Assembly: GCA_963693365.1 (NCBI GenBank)
Contig: CAVNZM010000006.1
Span: 8,621,355-8,685,354 of the forward strand
Length of the DNA stretch: 64,000 nucleotides
DNA from: Amoebidium appalachense
Lineage: Eukaryota > Protista > Ichthyosporea
Direction of reading: 5' to 3'
Shown here: piece after piece, positions 55,156 to 64,000 of the stretch
Layout of the letters: every line of letters starts with the position of its first letter
How positions within the stretch are numbered: position 1 is the first letter of the stretch
Made by a program: the position numbers and the translations under genes
Notes under the pieces: model-generated
Seen by the model: the letters and a program-made list of their open reading frames with translations, nothing else
What the model was told of the DNA's origin: nothing
Database searches by the model: none

Positions 55156-55878
55156 TGTGTTTGAGGTGTAGCAACAGCCCAGAAGGAACTGTCACCGCGT
55201 GACCCTAGCGCGAAAAACCGCACTAAAAGAAAGGTGTAGCTTGTCGTATCCTAATGTATGTGTACTAGAGACGCGGCACTCTACTAAGTGTACACACACG
55301 AAAAGGAACGAACGTGTACAGAAAAACGGTAAAGTTTATTAAGACCAGGCTCCGACGGGCAAACTTAGATCCGTACGGATTGAGTCTAAGTTACGACTGA
55401 GGCCATCAAGGCCGTGCCCTACAAGATCATCATCACCTGGCCCCCTACGATGCCACATTCCATTAACATTCCGATCTACTTTTATCGTGCGCCTGCACGA
55501 GCTAAGTCGATCTACTCAACTAATATATTTATCCAAGTCTCACCCCTCACCCTCCCCCTAGTGGCACCGCAGAGTCTAAATCTACATTTCATACTATCCT
55601 CCCCCCCCCCTCCCTCCCCCCCTTTCCTCTACATCTACATATATAAATACGTTTGGCAACATATACTATCAAACCTTGCCAATCCTTACAAAAGGGCTTC
55701 TGCCCGAACAATCACATTCCTAAGTCCTCCTACGATCTATCCTACACACTAATTAGAATTCTATTGGACGGCTGTCCCGGCTGACGTGGTCCAATGCCCT
55801 GCGCCGGCAGAGGCAAGATGCACGCAGCTGTTCAGCTATCTTGAGGCCCCGGACTTGATCTTGATGATCTGTGGACCC

Positions 55879-55909
<31 letters not shown>

Positions 55910-55966
55910 GATCTCGATCGTAGACTTAGGCTGATCTGCTGAGACGGATTAGTATATGTCAGCGCC

Positions 55967-58358
55967 TAGTGGAATCTGCACAAGCCAGGCCAGATTCACA
56001 TCTCGTACTAGATACATGCACTAACTTTATTGTTGATGATTTGATAGATCTCGGTGATTATGCTGGCGGTGGTAGGAAGGAATATCCCGATGCTCTCTTG
56101 TTACCAAACACCACTCCCGCTAGACTAGGTGAACCCCTGTCTCAAAAGGAAAGCTTGCGCCGGCTTGCTAGTATGAATCGATTTGGCCCCCCTGCTCGTA
56201 TTATTGGTGATACCACTGGAGACCCCCTCATAGACTCTGATAAGTATTTCTCGGAACTGTTTAAAGATAGGACCCCCGCTCAGAAACCTATTGTGTGGCC
56301 TGTAGACCCATCTATCCCCATAGAATCGATCCTCCCCTTTTTCAGTCCCGATGCCATATGGTCTGTGATATCTAGTTATAGCTCTAGTAAGTCTTGTGGA
56401 CCTGATGGACTCCCTGCTGGGTTTCTTAAAATCCTTGTTCCCTCCTACCCCCAAAAGGAAAGTGATCGTGCTATTAAACCTGATCTTACTATCATGTTAA
56501 GCTCTCTCTTTTCTTGGTGTGTTAAATGTGGACATGTCCCGTCATCTTGGTTAGATACCTTAGTGATCCCCATAGTTAAGAAGGACTCTGAGGGCCCCAT
56601 ATCATCCTTTCGCCCCATTACACTAACCCAGGTTGTTCGTAGATTCTTTGAAGCTTGCTTACTTAGGTTATTTGCACATCACCCTAGGTTTCAATCTATT
56701 CCTCACATACACCCATGCCAATCCGCTTTTCGTAAAAACAATTCATGTTATGTTCAAATAATGGCACTGCACGATTCTATGCAAGTTGGTGCACAATATG
56801 TTGGCTTTATTGATTGGAAAACTGCTTACGATTCTGTCTCCCCTGGTCTCCTATGGGAAAAGCTTGCTGCACGGGGTGTACCACACTGCATTGGTGTTCT
56901 GTTAGAAGCACTCTTGTCTCAAACCTATGGTAGAGCTGTGGTTAATGGGCATCTTTCATATGGTTTTGCTCGTACTAGAGGTCTCTTGCAGGGTTCATTG
57001 CTGTTCAATTGCTTAGCCCCTTTTTGTTTAACCTATTTATAGAAGATTTGGCTGTCAAGATTTACGCCGAAAACGATGACCCTATTAATAACTTTCCGCC
57101 TGCACTTCTCTATGCTGATGATCTGTCCCTCCTTGCCCGTACCCCTAGACGCCTGCAAAGATTGTTCGATGTAGTGTCAGAGTGGTGCAAGGCAAACCTT
57201 ATGATCCTTAACATAGACAAATGTGGTGTTCTTGTACCTGATATAGCTAACAATTTACACACATTTACATTATCATCTAAACCTGTACCTATAGTTCCAG
57301 AATACAAATATCTTGGTGTTCCGGTTGATTCTGTTGGTGTTATGTTTCCCCATATGGTCGAAAAGAGGGTAGAGTTGGCTCGTAAGCGGTTAGCTTTCTT
57401 CTCGGCTAATATTTTTAAAGACACACCCCTCCATCCTTCTATTAGACTTACATTTATTCGCACTTTTGTCTTCCCGGCATGTGAATATGGTTTACCCCTT
57501 CTCGCCGCTTGGATCAAGAAAGAGAGAACTAGAGCGCTTAAACCCTTGGCAAATTTCCTTGAAGCAGAAGTTGCCTCCTTTCTATCTAACAACTGTTGTA
57601 AACCTGGGCCTGTAACGCTCTCGATATATGGTCTGGTCCCAATAGCTGCTAGAGTATCCTATCTCGCGCTGAAATTCAATAAGCACATAAGCCGCTTAAA
57701 GAAGTATTTGCCCTCCCACCCTCTCTTCTCTATCCGACCTGTCCCCTCCTCACCTCTCCCCTCTTTCCTCCCCTCTCTCTCCCCTTCTCCCCTGGGCACA
57801 AATACAAATAAACCCCGCAATAGTGTGTGTGTGACTTTGGACTGCCACTTACTTATTAAACATGCACACAATCACAAGATAATCACGCAATATAACAAAT
57901 GGAAAAAGATACCACACGACACTAAACCCGATGAAAGCATACACCTTGAAAAACTAAGCCTTATGTCTCGTTTTATATATACTGACCGCCTCAACCATAT
58001 TGCCAAATATGGCACTCGCAAATGTATAACACCTAAATACATATTACCTTCCTGTAGAACTGGTCTTTCTCTAGCTGATGGTATTATTGATCAATTACCA
58101 CGCTTTTACTGTACACGTGCTATACAGTGGAGATCTAATAAGTATAAGGTGGCATCATTTGCATGCCCAAACAACACACACACACACCAGTTTAACCGGT
58201 CATGTATCGCCAAATGTAGTTTGATAGACCACATAATACCGCAACACACACACGTCACATTCACAACAGACACCCAGAAAGATAGCCTACCTGTAAATTA
58301 CAACATCCTTGATTTTATACTAAACATGCGTAAAAAAAAAAAAAAAAAAAAAAAAAAA
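55967..58358 (+). pseudogene. LINE reverse transcriptase ORF (frameshift near 57005)
   Basis: KSCGPDGL, FRPITL, IDWKTAYDSV, GLLQGS..LSPFLFN, LYADD, YKYLG; Cys/His-rich C-terminus. Confidence 0.93.
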
Positions 58359-59592
58359 CGGGGAACCCCAACTAATTGATTTCTCCTTGTAGTCTTTATG
58401 GTGTCTCGTAGAGAAAGTAAACCCTGATATATAGTCACCACCCGACATCTATGTACGTGATCATGATATACCGCTGAGGGGATATTCCGAGCAAAACCCC
58501 CCCCCATACCTGAGACTGGTTCTCTTTGCCTCGAGTAAACAGCGTAAACCCCCAAATGACATGGTACGAAAAATACCATAACCCGAAACCCAAAATACAT
58601 CGGGGCTTGAAAAAATACCTTCAAAATTTTCTGAATTTTCGGGCTTGGATCTCAGGTCGTTTAAACTTTACACTGATTGGATTATACTTATCCTAGGAAT
58701 GCGTGTCGTTCCAGATTTCCATGCAGCCGTCAGGGCTGTCAACAGCAGCGCCCAGGGGTACTGATTGGGGCCACAACAACGGTCCTAAGATCAAGAGAAA
58801 TGATTCTTAATTTTCTCTAACTTTTAAACAACTGGTTCTACATGGGTACAAGTCATAGCAAATATCCTTTTGGGACAATCTTTTTCACTATTTATAACCA
58901 CCCAGGCTGGAGAAAACCCTCGACAGCTGCGACACCTCAAACAAAACAAACTTTTTTCACACCCTGGTCAATACATTTCCGCCAATCATATTGATGAAGT
59001 GGGGTGTCAACCGGATCCCCCTAGATGTCAACATTCGACAACATTTGATTCAACATTTTTACAGACATGCTGACACAGAGCTGAACCCTTCAGTATAAAA
59101 AGGAGGTGTTTATCTTTAAAGTATGTGCAAATGCTATCTGAAGTTAATTTGATACCTTTTTTCTTCATTCATACAACATGTTTCAGAAGCCCTTGATATG
59201 GTTAGCCGGCGCAGGTGGCAGGTTTTGGCGAGTAATCCTGACGTCATAGATCGCATTCCAGCTGTACATTGGTATGCGGTAGACATAGCTCTATGAATTG
59301 CAGTGTCCAATCATCTTCTTCTGCGTTTGGGACGGCATTGGCAACGTAAATAAATAACTGAGAGTGTCACAGTTTCTTACCAGAAAACGGCAGCTTTGCA
59401 GGCCCTTGCCGTCTTTTGTGCTGTATATGCCTTTTCAGTGGTGTGCGTTATAGCTATCGCCCATGTTCATACAGCAACTACAGCTGTTAGAATACACCCG
59501 TCGCTAAATGAAATCTTGGATGCCAGAGAGTGTACTTTTTTGACTCGCTTGAATACCATTGAAGCACAACACTTTTCCTCCGCGAATCGAAA

Positions 59593-60861
59593 ATGGCGCC
59601 GCACCATTTTCACCAGGGTCAACAATTGAACCCTGCGCATGAATTGAGGGGGTCAGGGCCGGCTGGTTTCGATGAAGTGAATTTGTGTAGTTGTAATGTT
59701 GTCGAGAGTAATGAGGTAGTGGATAACAAGCAAGGGAGCGCTAGTATTGTGAGCATAGAGCGCGTACGTAAGGCGTCACAGGAGAGTACAGCCGGGTGGG
59801 GTGTGTATTTGCTAGAGCAGGCGTCAGGCAGTGTGGGTTTCCACTCATCAACACCGGTACCACAAACACACAAAACCACCACACAACAAACGCACCAAAC
59901 AGGGCAAACAGAGAGCGTACTTACTACGACACACGCACCAATTACTGTTTCTGACACACAAGCACCAAAATCAAGCAAAACCCTTCGCAGGCACCACACT
60001 GTTGACTGGGGCAGTTCTTCGTTCTCAGGCAGTGGTCTGTTCGACCACGTAAACAAACCTGGCCCCGGTCCTGACCTATACGAGGAGGTGCTCCAACTGA
60101 TAGACCAACTGGGCCTGGTTGATGTTAGCCAGGACGAACTACAACGGCGGCAGCAGTGCGAAAGTGCACACGTGCGCACCGAACAGGTAACTGGAAACAC
60201 GGATACGCCACAAGATGACGCGAAAGACCTAATGAGCCAAATCAGTTTTGCGGCCGAACCAGCCAACATTTCTTCTGTTGCCGGAAGAGATTCTGGCAAC
60301 ACCCCTTCCGACGCTCTTCCGTCCGAAGGCAAAAGCGGCAACATGCCGTTTAACACATCTCATCCCGGCAACAGGCCAACCCAGGAGGCTCTGTATGGAA
60401 CATCATATGACCCTTCCGAATGGGACGTAATTACTGCACAAACAATTCACGAGGAAATAGACCTCCCCGCAGCACCAGCAAATCAGCATCAATCGAAGAC
60501 AGCGCGAAGGAAGCTCTCGGTAGAGCAGCCAAACGATGGACCTAAATTCCACGAGCGATTCTCGTCAGTCGAGATATGGTGGGCGGACAATGCCCTGTTG
60601 TACACCGTGTATGGCATTATCACGCTTCTTAACACCGTCATGTTCTTTTGGGGTGCTTTGTTTTTCGTTAAGGTTGGAATGGATGGCCAGTTGCCTAGCA
60701 CTTTGATGGCCTGTCTCCTACCCATTGCAAAGGGTGCAGGGCGGATCATCACTTTCGATAGCGCACTGCTCCTTCTGACTGCGTGCAAGGCCGGTACTGG
60801 GCGCCTCCAGCGCACACCACTGAACCTAGTGTTCCCCTTCGACCACGTCATCCCCTAGGTT

Positions 60862-60909
<48 letters not shown>

Positions 60910-61162
60910 TTCCCCCCCCCCCTCCCCCCTTCCCCCCGTCGTACACACAAACACACCACACACCTAGCCTTCCCTCTCTTCTTGCCTTTTGCCTGTACAC
61001 AGTTTATTCTGGTTGCACTTTGGGTGTTCCGTGCAGAGCATCTTAGTTTCAACAATCATGGGCAATGGGGAAAGAAGCGGAAAGGGCCCTTCACCAAACG
61101 ATATGCATTCGCTAAAGGGCCTTCCTTTCCATATAGAAAGAATTTTATTGGTGCGTGCATTT

Positions 61163-61207
<45 letters not shown>

Positions 61208-62183
61208 CCCCCAACAACAACAAACAGAATACATCGTCACCTTGCACTCTGGATTGCTGTGTGTTCGGTCATCCACACCATCCCCCACATTGTATTCCTG
61301 GCCACCAAGAATGTCAGTTTCCGCTCGGGCTTCCTTTTCTGGCGTGAGCAGCTATGTCTGGAACATATGCCTGCGACGATGTTGTTCGTGACAGGAATCC
61401 TCCTTCTTTTGGTGATCTTCACGATGGTTATTTCGGCCAGCGAATTTGTGCGCCGAAGAAACCACCGGGCCTTTTGGATTATTCACGTTGTGGGCATCGT
61501 CACGGTCTATGCCCTTCTGGCCATGCACGGCTTGCACGGGTAGACTTCCTATCCCCTCCCTTTCCATGCGTCTCAACCTTCCGTTTTATTCCCCTCCCTT
61601 TCGTCGCAAACACAGTGCTCACTCACTCACACACACACACCAGCCACGTTCCCCCCTGTCGTGATTTACCACCGTACCATGAACGCACCTTGCCTCGACC
61701 TTAGCATCTGGAAGTACGGATTGGCTTGCACAAATAATTTTTTCTGTGCACTGCTGGATGTCTGCATTCTAACCCCCTCCCCCGCCCCCCCTCCACCAAC
61801 ACACACATACACACACAGGTCTGCGCTGTTCACCGTCTATTTCCTTGCCGGCCCCATGGTGCTCTACTTCTTTGACCGCCTCCTCCGCATGACCCAACAA
61901 ACCCGTAAACCCTATGTGGTTTATTGCAAAGCCCTGCCTGGTGGCATCACCAAGCTTGTGCTCTCACGGCCCCAGGGTTTCAAACACAGAGCGGGACAAT
62001 ATGTCGAAATTCGGTGCACGGGAATTTCCATGGCGGAATGGCACCCGTTTACTATTGCGTCGACTCCCCTGGACAGCCATTTAGTGTTTTACATCAAAGC
62101 AGAGAAGAATTGGACGTGGGAGCTGCATCGAAGGGCAAAGAGCTGCCCTGAGGATACCTGGTACCTCGGCCAGGTGTGTAGAG

Positions 62184-62224
<41 letters not shown>

Positions 62225-62256
62225 AAAAAAAAAAAAAACACATACGCACACGCGCG

Positions 62257-62342
<86 letters not shown>

Positions 62343-63296
62343 CCATTGCTTTCTTATTTCTTCCATAATATACCACCTCTTATTGTATCCGAGGCCATGG
62401 TGTGGATGTGTGTATGGGCCTTTTCTTTTTTTCTTTTTTTTTTCTTTTTCCCGCTATTTTCTTTCTTTCTTCTTTTCTTTATTTTTCTTTTTTTTTTTTT
62501 TTATGTGGGGGCGGGGGGGGGGGGGGGGGGGGATCTGTATAAGGATAAGTATAATAAACGAAGAAAATGCATAAGACAGGAAGAAGAAATGGTTTTCACA
62601 CAACCCAATTTCCATATTCAGGTCCACATCCGTGGACCGTACGGCGCGCCAGCACAGCACGTGGGGGACTTTGAAGACGTGCTTCTAATTGGCTCCGGTG
62701 TGGGCATGACGCCATTCTGTTCTATTTATAACTCCCTGGCCGCCGGCGCGTGCCGCAAGACCCGCAACAACACCTTTATGTCTCGTGCAAGCTCATTCCT
62801 CTACACCAAGTTCGGCCACACTTCCCCACCCCTCCTCTCAAGCAAAAAAACTGAAGAGATGAGTCTTCTGGTGAAAACCAGCTCTGTTCAGGCGATTTTA
62901 GACCGTGCCGCCGTTGAGATTCAACACAGCAACGAGCGACCCATGCGCAAGAAACAAACTGAGCATGGGGAGAAGATACCGTCGGCTGATGCGCATCACG
63001 TGATCAATGTGAACGGCGTGGAGACCTTTGAGGATGATATTACACCCACAACGGCTGCTGTGGCTGCACAGCAAGTGGCAGAGGATGAGGAGCGGAGCCG
63101 TGCAAGGTGTGCATGCCTGTCTCCCCTCCTTCCCCTCCCCCATCCCCCCCCCCCCCCCCCCCCCCCCCCCCCGACGCTCCCCTTCTGCCCCTTCTTCTAT
63201 AGACACACCTGTCATCCCACCTCTGCTCCTTTCCATCCTCATGCATATGGTCACCCCAAAAAACCTTAGCTCCTTTGCTTCCTCCCCCCCTCTCCC

Positions 63297-63341
<45 letters not shown>

Positions 63342-64000
63342 ACCACCACCACCACCACCACCACCACCACCACCACCACGGACACATATGCACACACTAA
63401 TACCTGCTCCTTTCCAAAATTCTGCAATCACGCTCCATCTGACTTCTCCTTTCAACCCTGTAACGCATTCTAATCCCCCCCCCCCCCCCCCCCCCCCCCC
63501 CACCCACCCACCCCACCCCACCCCCCTCCTCAGGTGCTACCGGGACTACTGCCACTACAGCGACATGCGCCACTACGACCAGGGGGGGTTCTGGAAGGTC
63601 GAAAAAACCCGCATGTGGGTTGCCTATCTGCAGAGCCTGACCGTGCACATGGTCGGGTTGCTCTGGCAGTCCACCATGTTCTGCATCGTATTTCTGGGCC
63701 TATTCTTGGCCCAGTTCACATACCACCTCACTGCGTACATCCCCGACGACGCGGTACTGATCGGTATTGGGATTTTCCTTCTCGTCGTAAACTCGATTGA
63801 GACCGTTGTACTTCTCGTGCGATGGGTTCTTACGTATTATGTTTACGGTCGGCCATATGCTGTTTCCCGTTGCGGCATTCTTGATTTTGCTGCACTTCTT
63901 CCTCGAATGGCAAATTTGGCTTTGTGGGCACAGGCGGTTTACGGCGCATTAACGGAGAGGCACGACACGCTGCTTGGGAATATGGACGACGCGGCACACG
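59593..64000 (+). CDS. NADPH oxidase (NOX/ferric reductase family), spliced, 3' incomplete; exons ~59593-60858, 61228-61539, 61819-62173, 62622-63106, 63534->64000
   Basis: Haem His pairs (IHRHLALWIAVCSVIH; FWIIH...AMHG), FAD motif EWHPFTIAS, IRGPYGAP, LIGSGVGMTPF. GT-AG junctions 2-4 are in phase; junction 1 needs one fewer C. Start codon uncertain. Confidence 0.88.

Larger units (their letters stand above)
39350..55961 (-). mobile_element. Ty3/Gypsy LTR retrotransposon with chromodomain (Gypsy-1)
   Basis: LTRs 39350-40066 and 55242-55961, TSD GCGCC (39345-39349, 55962-55966), purine tract next to 40066, order gag-PR-RT-RH-INT-chromo. Confidence 0.96.
39225..58358 (+). mobile_element. 5'-truncated non-LTR retrotransposon (LINE) split by Gypsy-1; own sequence about 39225-39349 plus 55967-58358
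   Basis: The frame reads ...KHPIYMR|LVESAQARPD across the removed Gypsy; RT motifs; poly-A at 58332-58358. The 5' boundary is approximate and no TSD was found. Confidence 0.8.
38446..58647. mobile_element. Non-autonomous hAT-like DNA transposon hosting a LINE and two Gypsy elements
   Basis: TIR CAAGCCCGA...TCGGGCTTG, exact 8-bp TSD GATCTCAG (38438-38445, 58648-58655); subterminal AAAATACC, CATGGTA and CCATAACCC motifs at both ends. Confidence 0.85.

Overview
Eukaryotic, intron-containing and almost entirely transposon-derived window. It resolves into two deeply nested insertion stacks, most boundaries being verifiable from terminal repeats plus target-site duplications (TSDs). (1) A young Ty1/copia element (666-7407, TSD CTTTC) splits an EXO1/XPG-like nuclease pseudogene. 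(2) A piggyBac-like element (9099-37389, TSD TTAG) contains a second copia copy (10330-33160, TSD CCCAC). That copia contains two nested copies of a TGT-terminated, long-TIR (Ginger-like) DNA transposon, a CCCAG/CACAG MITE and a 43-bp palindromic minisatellite; six solo LTRs lie in this stack. The Ginger-like gene encodes an integrase-tail motif, a chromodomain and a USP/coronavirus-PLpro-like papain protease. (3) A hAT-like element (38446-58647, TSD GATCTCAG) contains a LINE, which contains a chromodomain Gypsy (39350-55961), which contains a younger chromodomain Gypsy (45917-54153). (4) The only clear host gene is a spliced NADPH oxidase (59593 to window end), with extra membrane helices resembling a voltage-sensor domain inserted in its NADPH-binding region. 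Many frameshifts fall in long C/G homopolymers and may be sequencing errors. All family assignments come from motif reading by eye; no searches were run.
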